Virus record (IMG/VR): IMGVR_UViG_3300020426_000015
Coordinates: 1 to 36,560 of that record
Origin: a virus
Lineage: Duplodnaviria > Caudoviricetes
DNA length: 36,560 bases
Direction: 5' to 3' (one strand)
The notes under the pieces were generated by a model, which worked only from the letters and a program-made list of their open reading frames with translations, was not told where the DNA came from and did not search any database. Below are positions 16,655-24,758 of this stretch, piece after piece (position 1 is the first letter of the stretch; each line of letters opens with the position of its first letter). The translations under genes and the position numbers were made by a program.

Positions 16655-17211
16655 TAGTTTGGTAGTAGAGAAGCGTAAGAAGATAAGCCTTGAGTAGCTA
16701 CATTAAGTAAGGTGCCAGCAAGTGAAGGTACTTGATTATAAGCTTCATTAACAGTGCTCTGTAGTTGATTTCTTCTGTTATCTCTTTGTGCTACAAGACC
16801 TTCAGTATTTCTTGTATATTGTCTTCTTGCTGATTCAAGTGATTGGTTTATAGATTCTCTAAAGTTTGCTGCTTGTCTTTCTTGATCACGTAATAATAAA
16901 CCAACAGTAAGACCTGTCCTTTCACTTGCCCTTAGACGACCTCCAGCTTGTAATGCTTGTATTGTTCTAGCTAGTTTTTCTTGTGCTTTTGATGCTTCTG
17001 TTTCTTTTAACTGTGCTCCCAAAGCTTCTTGATTCCTAGCAAAAGCTTGTTCTGCTGATCTGTTTCCTATTAATGCTGCTTGATATGCTCGCCTTGCTGC
17101 TGCTTGTTTAGCTGATCTCTCTGCAAGACCACTAAATAAGTTAAGACCTAAAGATGCTGCAAACAGTCCTCCAACTCCTGAGGTTAATGGTGGTAAAGCT
17201 GCAACACACAT
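16654..17211 (-). CDS. Internal virion protein B (gp14-like)
   Basis: MC start, Ala/Gln-rich helical 185 aa, synteny. Confidence 0.8.
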   Translation of the reverse strand: MCVAALPPLTSGVGGLFAASLGLNLFSGLAERSAKQAAARRAYQAALIGNRSAEQAFARNQEALGAQLKETEASKAQEKLARTIQALQAGGRLRASERTGLTVGLLLRDQERQAANFRESINQSLESARRQYTRNTEGLVAQRDNRRNQLQSTVNEAYNQVPSLAGTLLNVATQGLSSYASLLPN

Positions 17212-17664
17212 CTATGCAATCCTCACAAATTCGTAAAATGGCTTTTCTTGATCTCCATACTTTTCATAATAGTTCACAAATGTAAATCCCAAAGCTTTTA
17301 ACCATTTAATAGCAGTATGATTCTCTGCATATACAAAATTATATAAGACTTTGTAAGATTGCAACAACTTATCTACCCATTTTCTACCTTTTCTTATCAG
17401 TTGTATTCTATATTTTTTATTACTAAATAATTCATCAGTACATATCATCCATATACAACCATCACTTATAACACCACATAATCCCATTGGTTGGTCATCA
17501 TCACCAGCTATTGCCAACACTTGCTGCCCTGATAAGTAGCTTAGACGTAAAGCATCTTCTGGTTCGTTACCTGTTTGATATACAGCTTCTAACCTATCCA
17601 TATCTCTCATGTGTTTACATACATGATTAAGGTCAGCTATGTTGGCTTTTCTTAAATAACCCAT
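17212..17664 (-). CDS. Internal virion protein A (gp13-like, acetyltransferase-like fold)
   Basis: MRDMDRLE...LYNFVYAENHTAIKWLKALGFTF motif; synteny. Confidence 0.88.
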   Translation of the reverse strand: MGYLRKANIADLNHVCKHMRDMDRLEAVYQTGNEPEDALRLSYLSGQQVLAIAGDDDQPMGLCGVISDGCIWMICTDELFSNKKYRIQLIRKGRKWVDKLLQSYKVLYNFVYAENHTAIKWLKALGFTFVNYYEKYGDQEKPFYEFVRIA

Positions 17665-20600
17665 TATGTTCTTTGAGATCTAATATAAAAATTAGCCTCG
17701 TATTCAGCACTTGTAATATTTGTTGGTAAATATGTGGGATTGAAAATCACTATACGTACTTTATCTGCTCTGGACATTATTGGTGCTTGAAATGTACCTT
17801 TCTGTAGTTTTATTAACCCTAAAGTTGTCTTGGGTGTTCCTATTGAAGAATTAAATGTATAACCATAACCTGGTCTATTAACAATAAGATCAAAAGCATC
17901 ATCATAGCCAACAACAATTTCAAAAATTGCAGTGTTTTCAAATTTAAAATAAAAATTCTTCAGTTGTAATCTACCTCCTAATTGCTCACTACCACCTTTA
18001 TTGGTTTCTGTGTATCGTTGTTTTCCAAATTCATACAGCATCTCATAATTTTCACCAATAATAAATTTTGTTCTTCTTATATCACCTGCAACTTTAAATT
18101 TATCATTAGTACCAACTTTAAAAGAACCTGTAGATGTATCTATATCAAAAACTTCTCCTGGACTTACATCTCTTTTGTCATCACCATTTGTATTATTACC
18201 AACCAAACCAGGAACAAAAGAACTTGTTTCTTTTATTGTGCATAAAGGTTCTAAACCTTTTGTATTAGATGAAGAATTTATAGTTCCTAAATTAGTTGTT
18301 GTTTGAAATGTTAATGTGTCATCATTAACTTTGGTGATAATAAATTTATCTTTAAGTAATCTAAAACTATTACTTTCTATAAATGCAATGCTTGTATTTC
18401 CTGGTGCGGTATCAAAATCAAAAATTGTTTGATCTGCTAAAGTAATTTCTACTTCATCCCCAGTATCAAATCCATGACTGGTTTTGGTTATTGTTACCAC
18501 ATTATTTGCACTTGTACTGTTATAGGTTGCACGAACTGAAGGTGCTAAATGTTTTGATACTACACTCATCCTATTTGTATCAAGTCTGTAAGGACAAGTG
18601 ATCTCAGATAAATTTGTGCTTGCATCATAAGTAATTGACAGTCCAGTAGTAGATTCTGTTATCTTTCGATCTAGATGATATTCATAATCACAGTTAGGTT
18701 CTTTAACATCTGTTTGAAAAGGCAGTTTTTCTAAATAAACTCTTGAAGTTGAACCAGAATAAACATCATCTTCACTTACAATAAATAATTCACTACCAAT
18801 AAAATCTATATTTTTAATACTTCTACCTCTATCAAACGTATAAACATACCATGAGTTTAATATTTTTTCATTATTACTTCCATATAACCATTTATTGATA
18901 TAAAGTTTATCTGATTCTGAAGCACTTAATAAAACCAGTGTATCTTCACTTGTAGAAATAGCAATTTTATAAATATCACTTGGTATTAATTTTGGAACAT
19001 GAACTGTAATATCAGCAGCATCTCTTATCTTTTGTTGTCCACCTAAGACTAAGTATTCTCTAACAGCAGAAAATTCTCCCTTAGTAGTTAAATAATAAAT
19101 AGAATTACCTGCTCCTACAGGTGTGGCAATATCGCTACTATCAAACTCTGTTGCAACTAAGATGTTTGCAGTTTTAGGTGTAAGACTATCTGATGAACTG
19201 CTTAAAATAAATTGCGATTGATCTGAAAATAATATTAATTGTTCTCCCATATTTATTGCATTTTTTAAAATTGCAACCTTTGTATGTGATGCTGCCACAT
19301 CTATCGGATCACTATCTATAACTGTTAAAACAGTCTCAGGAAAGAATTGAAAGAATTTAGATACGCTAGATAAAATTACATTGTCATTAGCTAGAAAACC
19401 TAATCTATTTCTAAAAAAGAAAACATTATTTATTTTATGTCCAATAAAAGAAGGCTTGGGTGCTGAGTCTTCATCACCTACATTTCTTTCTCCCCATACA
19501 GGAAGTGTCTGCTGAAATGCAATACTGGCTGATCCATTATCAGATACAGTAGGACTTGAAAGTGGAACACTATTATGTTCTGTTCGGTTTATTGTAAAAA
19601 AGTTTGCATTATTACCAGCATTAGGAACAAAGACTGTATATTTAATACCTGAACCTTGTGTGATACCGTCAGTTGCTTGAAAGCCTGCACTTTGAGATCC
19701 GTCAGTAGTAAATGTCAGTTCAACTTTATCGTTAGTTTGCAAACCATGATTGTTAATATTAATAGTTACTAAATTACCTATTTGACCATAAGTACCAGTG
19801 TTAACTGGCACAGGATAATTATCACCATTTACTTGTGAAAATCTAAAATTACCATCAGCCTGTCTTATTAAAACATGAGGCATTGTGTCGTAATTAAATT
19901 TAAAATCAATACCAGGTTTTACACATTCTTCCCACTGCCCTTCTTCCATTTGAGTACCACCATTATTAGTGACAAACTTTACATAGTAATTATCAAAATT
20001 AGTAGATTCATCTCCCTTTACTTCAACTACATAACCAGGAGGAGATACGGTTGGTAGATCTGTAAATCTTTGAACGCTATTTTTAACTACGGTTAGTTGA
20101 GTATTACCTTTAGTATCAGTACCATCAATAGAGAAATCACCGTTATCTGTTCTTTTAATATGAAGTACAGGTCCATTTTGTGCAATGGTAAAACCTGTAA
20201 GACCTGCTTCCAATCCAGTTTTCAAATCACCTGCAACTTGTGTAGTACTTAAAGTAGAGTCATTTGTTGTGTCATCTGAAACTGTAACTCCATTAACATT
20301 TACTGAATAAATAGTATTATCTGAAACTTGATTTACAAAAACAATAGCTTGAGTAATATTTGAATCTGGTAAGCTTGGTTGGCTTGCATCCATACCAGTC
20401 CTAACATTTGTATTTACAACAAAAGTAAAATCAGCAACAGTAGTAGCTTTTAACTGTAGACGAGGAGAATCACAAAGTAAGTAATCAACAGCATTGGAGG
20501 ATTTATTTACAGTCCTTTCAGTTCCATCAAGATCAAATACTCTTACATCGTTTGAAGTAAATATAACAACATATCTTTCTGTCTCATCTCTATTAATTGT

Positions 20601-20801
20601 ATGAACTAAAGCATCGCCTATGCTTACTTCATTATTAATTAAAGTTGATATATGTTGTGTGCCACTACGTTTTACAAGACCTTTAACTGGATCACTGTCA
20701 CAATTCAACTGTTCAAAAGCATGATCTGATTGTTTTATCGAATCAGAAGACTGTGAAATACCTCTTAATAACGTAGGTATTGATCTTGAAATAAGTACCA
20801 T
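17664..20801 (-). CDS. Tail tubular protein B (gp12 nozzle)
   Basis: ISRSIPTLLRGISQ, GLVKRSG, W-ERNVGDEDSAPKPSF, FFFRNRLGFL, DSDPIDV motifs. Confidence 0.95.
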   Translation of the reverse strand: MVLISRSIPTLLRGISQSSDSIKQSDHAFEQLNCDSDPVKGLVKRSGTQHISTLINNEVSIGDALVHTINRDETERYVVIFTSNDVRVFDLDGTERTVNKSSNAVDYLLCDSPRLQLKATTVADFTFVVNTNVRTGMDASQPSLPDSNITQAIVFVNQVSDNTIYSVNVNGVTVSDDTTNDSTLSTTQVAGDLKTGLEAGLTGFTIAQNGPVLHIKRTDNGDFSIDGTDTKGNTQLTVVKNSVQRFTDLPTVSPPGYVVEVKGDESTNFDNYYVKFVTNNGGTQMEEGQWEECVKPGIDFKFNYDTMPHVLIRQADGNFRFSQVNGDNYPVPVNTGTYGQIGNLVTININNHGLQTNDKVELTFTTDGSQSAGFQATDGITQGSGIKYTVFVPNAGNNANFFTINRTEHNSVPLSSPTVSDNGSASIAFQQTLPVWGERNVGDEDSAPKPSFIGHKINNVFFFRNRLGFLANDNVILSSVSKFFQFFPETVLTVIDSDPIDVAASHTKVAILKNAINMGEQLILFSDQSQFILSSSSDSLTPKTANILVATEFDSSDIATPVGAGNSIYYLTTKGEFSAVREYLVLGGQQKIRDAADITVHVPKLIPSDIYKIAISTSEDTLVLLSASESDKLYINKWLYGSNNEKILNSWYVYTFDRGRSIKNIDFIGSELFIVSEDDVYSGSTSRVYLEKLPFQTDVKEPNCDYEYHLDRKITESTTGLSITYDASTNLSEITCPYRLDTNRMSVVSKHLAPSVRATYNSTSANNVVTITKTSHGFDTGDEVEITLADQTIFDFDTAPGNTSIAFIESNSFRLLKDKFIITKVNDDTLTFQTTTNLGTINSSSNTKGLEPLCTIKETSSFVPGLVGNNTNGDDKRDVSPGEVFDIDTSTGSFKVGTNDKFKVAGDIRRTKFIIGENYEMLYEFGKQRYTETNKGGSEQLGGRLQLKNFYFKFENTAIFEIVVGYDDAFDLIVNRPGYGYTFNSSIGTPKTTLGLIKLQKGTFQAPIMSRADKVRIVIFNPTYLPTNITSAEYEANFYIRSQRT

Positions 20802-20803
20802 GA

Positions 20804-21418
20804 TTACCTAATTAATGCGTTTGAAGGACTATATGTATCAAATACATTAGTAAGTGATGGATCACCTCTTAAAAGATTATGATCTCCATTCTCTGTATCA
20901 GTTTCAAGTAATACAGCCCTAGCTCTAGCTTCGTCTTGTTGATTGTAAGCTCTTAGATTATTATCACCTATTAATCTATCGATAAAAATACGTGCTGCTT
21001 TTATTGTTATATAGTTTCTTGCGGGTTCTGGTATTTCAGTAAAATCTCTAAAATAAACAATGGTACAAATCAAATCCTGATCAAATTCAAAAGTATTATT
21101 TAACCTGTCATACATTTTTAAACCACGTTGAATGGCATCAATATTAGGATGATGATGAATATTAGGATCAACTCTTAAAACATCAACACCTAAGGCAACT
21201 TTTTTAAAATTATCTCTTGGTAGAGTTACATCAATTTCTGTATTGAAACTCCATCCTTCACTTTGAATCATTCTGCTTTGTTCATTAAGAATAGACAAAG
21301 CTTGTTGAGCATCAACAGGAAGTGTAAATCCTTCTGTCAGGTTATTAACAGGGGATTCCCCAACAGCAGCCAACATAATGTTGATGCTTTCTAGTTCAGT
21401 GGTTGCAGCTACAGTCAT
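20804..21418 (-). CDS. Tail tubular protein A (gp11 adaptor)
   Basis: TELESINIMLAAVGESPV, IQSEGWSFNTE, YITIKAARIF motifs. Confidence 0.95.
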   Translation of the reverse strand: MTVAATTELESINIMLAAVGESPVNNLTEGFTLPVDAQQALSILNEQSRMIQSEGWSFNTEIDVTLPRDNFKKVALGVDVLRVDPNIHHHPNIDAIQRGLKMYDRLNNTFEFDQDLICTIVYFRDFTEIPEPARNYITIKAARIFIDRLIGDNNLRAYNQQDEARARAVLLETDTENGDHNLLRGDPSLTNVFDTYSPSNALIR

Positions 21419-21591
21419 AACATACCTCCTGACTCAATAAGTTTTTTTCTAATTTTAGCTTTTTCTTTTACAAATCTTGCTTTTTCAGCAAGCGAAGCTT
21501 TACCTGTTTCTTTTAACTTTTGATTGTAAGCATCAATGTAAGCTTGACCACTTAAAGATAAAATACCTTTTTTCTTTTTTTTACCAAACAT
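21415..21591 (-). CDS. Small Lys-rich protein (58 aa)
   Basis: Manual translation MFGKKKKKGILSLSGQAYIDAYNQKLKETGKASLAEKARFVKEKAKIRKKLIESGGML; ATGA overlap with tail tube A. Confidence 0.75.
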   Translation of the reverse strand: MFGKKKKKGILSLSGQAYIDAYNQKLKETGKASLAEKARFVKEKAKIRKKLIESGGML

Positions 21592-21593
21592 AA

Positions 21594-21671
21594 TTAATAA
21601 CTCTTTTTAATTTTTAGTTTATCTCTATTACCTTTCATTTTCTTTTTCTTCTTCATTTTTCCGTAAGCCAT
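21594..21671 (-). CDS. Very small Lys-rich peptide (25 aa)
   Basis: MAYGKMKKKKKMKGNRDKLKIKKSY; GGAG RBS upstream; stop 2 nt before the next ATG. Confidence 0.65.
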   Translation of the reverse strand: MAYGKMKKKKKMKGNRDKLKIKKSY

Positions 21672-21688
21672 AATAATCTCCAAGTAGT

Positions 21689-21721
21689 AAAAAAAAGAGT
21701 ACCCAGTTTACTGAGTACTCT
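21689..21721 (-). terminator. Intrinsic terminator after the capsid gene (T-phi equivalent)
   Basis: GAGTACTCAGT-AA-ACTGGGTACTC followed by a T8 run on the minus strand. Confidence 0.9.
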
Positions 21722-21730
21722 GTATGTGAA

Positions 21731-22717
21731 TTAAGAAGCAGATAACTTGATTGTTGCTGCACACTCAGGTCTTAGGATTCCATGACCTAAAGCATACTTA
21801 GCAACCATCAATGTACCTTGATACATGATTCCGTAGTCCTGACCACTGATCTCAGTTGTCATGTCCATTAACTTCACAGTACCTACTGCTGATTTATGGA
21901 AGACAAGACCAATAGTTTTACTATCGTCACCGTCATAAGAGTTGTTAGCGCCTGATGGGTTCGATGAAACATTTGACTGAGGTACGTTGTTACTCATCAT
22001 CACTGGAATACCAGCAATCTGTTGTACACGACCTGAAGCAAATGAACCATTACCACCTGGGTTAAAGTCCACATCTACTGTTCTTGTAGCTGATTCAGCT
22101 AACTTGTAGTACTCAGCAGGTGGAAGTACACAGTAACGATCTGTTGGAGGAATATCCCTCTCGTCAAATGCCTGTGCGATGTCATAGATAGCTGCTGCTA
22201 ACTCATCACCAGTTACATCAGATGAGGATGTATTACCAGAAGCAAGAGTAGAAACTAATCCACCATTACCACCTGTTAATGTTGCAGATGCTCTTGAAGC
22301 GTTTGCAATTACCTTCGCTACGTTTTGATCATACGTACGAGCAAGAGCCTTACCTAATTCATCAGCGTATGTAGCTCTTACATCGTAATGATTTTTAAGC
22401 TCATCTAAATTGCTTACAAATGCTTGTGAAATAAGAAGATCATCAATAGAAATAATCTTCTCATTTGCCAAGATCTGGTTTGCACCTACTAATGGTGTTC
22501 CTGGTGTGTGATATGCAGCAGTTGCTGTTCCTGTTACTGGGAACTGTGCTGATTTACCTGAGGTTATGGTACGAACAGAATGTAATTGCTCATTGAAGAT
22601 GTTGTTACGAGCAAATGCCGTAAGAACTTCTCCTGAGAATACTTTCAGAAACAGAGCATCAAAGTCTGTTCCTGAATTGTTCACAAGCCCCAGTCTACTT
22701 ACCGTTGCGTTAGCCAA
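21731..22717 (-). CDS. Major capsid protein (gp10-like), TTG start
   Basis: ALFLKVFSGEVLTAF, RTITSGKSAQFP, IDDLLIS, GHGILRPECA; AGGAG RBS 7 nt before TTG. Confidence 0.98.
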   Translation of the reverse strand: MANATVSRLGLVNNSGTDFDALFLKVFSGEVLTAFARNNIFNEQLHSVRTITSGKSAQFPVTGTATAAYHTPGTPLVGANQILANEKIISIDDLLISQAFVSNLDELKNHYDVRATYADELGKALARTYDQNVAKVIANASRASATLTGGNGGLVSTLASGNTSSSDVTGDELAAAIYDIAQAFDERDIPPTDRYCVLPPAEYYKLAESATRTVDVDFNPGGNGSFASGRVQQIAGIPVMMSNNVPQSNVSSNPSGANNSYDGDDSKTIGLVFHKSAVGTVKLMDMTTEISGQDYGIMYQGTLMVAKYALGHGILRPECAATIKLSAS

Positions 22718-22746
22718 TGGTTTTCTCCTGTGAATTGATTAATAAT

Positions 22747-22806
22747 TTGAGAAACTAACTTCACTACTGTCTCTTCTCTCAAGTGTTATCTGACGCATCA
22801 GGCACT
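22747..22806 (-). promoter_or_regulatory. Structured 5' leader of the capsid gene
   Basis: AGTG-C-CTGA-TGCG-TCAG-ATAA-CACT hairpin and an adjacent TTGAGAGA/TTTCTCAA stem. Confidence 0.55.
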
Positions 22807-22836
22807 ATTGATATTAAGATTTTCGTTTTGTTTAGT

Positions 22837-23100
22837 TTATACTGAACCGCAATTCCACTTCCTTAAAGCAAGGGCTTTACGAGTCAACTTACCATCTTTC
22901 TTTAATGGTCCTTTTACCTTTGACATTCTTGCACAGAAAGATTTTCTTCTGGCTTTCTGTCTAGGAGAAAGACCTGTCTTTTTAGTAACAGGAGCTTGCA
23001 AGTTTCCACCTGTTGCTCGGTTGTATTTCCTACGACCAGAAGCAGTAAGACCCCCTGTGGGATCTTTATCCTTCTTGGTCATTGATACTCCCTTCGACAT
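22837..23100 (-). CDS. Small basic protein (87 aa)
   Basis: KDPTGGLTASGRRKYN...RRKSFCARM...ALRKWNC, a pattern I recognise from marine phage basic proteins. Confidence 0.85.
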   Translation of the reverse strand: MSKGVSMTKKDKDPTGGLTASGRRKYNRATGGNLQAPVTKKTGLSPRQKARRKSFCARMSKVKGPLKKDGKLTRKALALRKWNCGSV

Positions 23101-23137
23101 AAAGGAAAGACAAGCAGTTAATTAAAATATAACACTG

Positions 23138-23392
23138 TTATGCAATCTTTAAACTCTTTCTTCCTTTTCTCCTTTTGTGATTGTAAGAAATTCTTTTACT
23201 GCTGGTCTTCTCTGCTTTAAATCTTGCCTTCTCTTTACTACTCATTTCACCTGTAGTCTTTGGTGTTTTACTACTGATTCTTTTTGATGGTCTGCAAGCA
23301 GGGTAGCCACGTTGATCTCCCTTTTGTCTTCCACAGGGTTTACCTGTTTTAACATCTACCCACTTCTCCTTGAACCATCTGGTAAGACTCAT
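23138..23392 (-). CDS. Small basic protein (84 aa)
   Basis: LTRWFKEKWVDVKTGKPCGR...YPACRPSKRISSKTPKT. Confidence 0.85.
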   Translation of the reverse strand: MSLTRWFKEKWVDVKTGKPCGRQKGDQRGYPACRPSKRISSKTPKTTGEMSSKEKARFKAEKTSSKRISYNHKRRKGRKSLKIA

Positions 23393-23541
23393 TTTCCTAC
23401 TTGTTTTTGTGCAGCAGTATGTGCAGCTTTAAATGTTTTACCTTCACGCATAAGCTTCTTCATAAGATTCATGTGCTTAGGTGTGTGATGAACTGAATGT
23501 GCCTTCAGCTTTTTCATCTGGCTAAGATTAAGCTTTGCCAT
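23389..23541 (-). CDS. Small basic His/Met-rich protein (50 aa)
   Basis: Manual translation MAKLNLSQMKKLKAHSVHHTPKHMNLMKKLMREGKTFKAAHTAAQKQVGK; ATGA overlap with the next gene. Confidence 0.8.
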   Translation of the reverse strand: MAKLNLSQMKKLKAHSVHHTPKHMNLMKKLMREGKTFKAAHTAAQKQVGK

Positions 23542-23650
23542 TTTTCTTTTTACCTTTCTTTTTGGATTGACGAAGGATCATAAGATCTTCTCTGGTGATT
23601 TTGCCATCACCAGTTTTGTCTAGTTGTTTTTGTTTTTTAGATAAAGGCAT
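23528..23650 (-). CDS. Small basic protein with EF-hand-like loop (40 aa)
   Basis: MPLSKKQKQLDKTGDGKITREDLMILRQSKKKGKKKNGKA. Confidence 0.75.
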   Translation of the reverse strand: MPLSKKQKQLDKTGDGKITREDLMILRQSKKKGKKKNGKA

Positions 23651-23652
23651 GA

Positions 23653-23799
23653 TTAAGTTTTACGATAACCTCCACCACGTTTTTTATAAGTTCTAACCAA
23701 CCACGCATTGGCATAAGCAGAAGGATAAACTTTAAACTTCCGCTTTGCTTCTGACTTTACCCTTGCATAAAGCTTAGGATTAGTAGGTGTGTTAGCCAT
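23653..23799 (-). CDS. Small basic protein (48 aa)
   Basis: MANTPTNPKLYARVKSEAKRKFKVYPSAYANAWLVRTYKKRGGGYRKT; tightly packed between its neighbours. Confidence 0.82.
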   Translation of the reverse strand: MANTPTNPKLYARVKSEAKRKFKVYPSAYANAWLVRTYKKRGGGYRKT

Positions 23800-23801
23800 A
23801 A

Positions 23802-24608
23802 TTAACGGTTAGAGAATACGTCACTACCACCCAAGCGTCTTTGTACATCTTCGGTGTAGCTAACATCTTTACCATAGCGTGGATCTGACATAGCAGTAAC
23901 TACTTCTGCTGTAGATCTGAATGGTGTAGGTCCACTTTGAGAAGCACGACCTGTAACTAAACTTGGTTCAACACCCATAGCGTTTTGATACTGTGTATAA
24001 AGTCCTTGTACTGCAAACTTAATTGCAGTTGCATTTCCTGTTTCAGTTAAGTTATTAAATTCCTTAACCTCATCAGCAGGGAGATTTTCTATAGCCCATG
24101 ACACCATCTTACTGTAGTTGTCATCACCACCGATTGAATCTTTAATACCTTGTATCTGTGCAGTGGCTATGTCTTCACTTGCTGCTGCACCACCCCTCAA
24201 TCCATCAAGGTAGGTATCAATGACCTGTTTAGAGAACCCTGCTTCTCCTAACTTTGCATAATCATCTTCATTTATTTCACCTGTCTCTTCAAATCTGGTA
24301 GAGATCTCCTGTGGATCAATACCAACTTCTTCTAATACAGAAGCAAGGCCATCACCATAAAACTCTTCTGCATTAAATTCAGTACTGTCAATAGTTTCTG
24401 TTTCTTCTTCTTCTGATGGTGGTTGATCTTCTTCTGTTACCTGTCCTAGCTTACCTTCAAGTTCTTTATAGCTGGCAGCTAGATCTTCTACTGATTTAAA
24501 CTTTCCAAGTATAAGACCGTTATCATCAGTTTCATTTTTAGCTAGTGTTTCTAAATCTTGTTGAGACATTGGTGGTGTCTCTGAAACATTTACCTGTGAT
24601 GAAGTCAT
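23802..24608 (-). CDS. Capsid scaffolding protein (gp9-like)
   Basis: Acidic; GKFKSVEDLAASYKELE, IGGDDNYSKMVSWA, AMSDPRYGKD..Y..DV motifs. Confidence 0.95.
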   Translation of the reverse strand: MTSSQVNVSETPPMSQQDLETLAKNETDDNGLILGKFKSVEDLAASYKELEGKLGQVTEEDQPPSEEEETETIDSTEFNAEEFYGDGLASVLEEVGIDPQEISTRFEETGEINEDDYAKLGEAGFSKQVIDTYLDGLRGGAAASEDIATAQIQGIKDSIGGDDNYSKMVSWAIENLPADEVKEFNNLTETGNATAIKFAVQGLYTQYQNAMGVEPSLVTGRASQSGPTPFRSTAEVVTAMSDPRYGKDVSYTEDVQRRLGGSDVFSNR

Positions 24609-24617
24609 AAAAATTTA

Positions 24618-24758
24618 TTAGTTATAGGTCATTGTACGTCCATTCTTAGTTTCGACCACTCTAGGACTAGTTTTCTTAGGTTGATCATTAACACCTAACT
24701 TACTTACAACAGCTTTTGCTGTATCAGTTTTAGGTTGATCAGGCTTCTTCGTTGGCAT
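24618..24758 (-). CDS. Hypothetical small protein (46 aa) between portal and scaffold
   Basis: MPTKKPDQPKTDTAKAVVSKLGVNDQPKKTSPRVVETKNGRTMTYN fills the gap; overlaps the portal end by 20 nt. Confidence 0.7.
   Translation of the reverse strand: MPTKKPDQPKTDTAKAVVSKLGVNDQPKKTSPRVVETKNGRTMTYN

Noticed and set aside
21731-21770. T7 10B-type capsid frameshift extension
   Set aside because: No slippery heptamer seen, and a terminator follows the stop directly.
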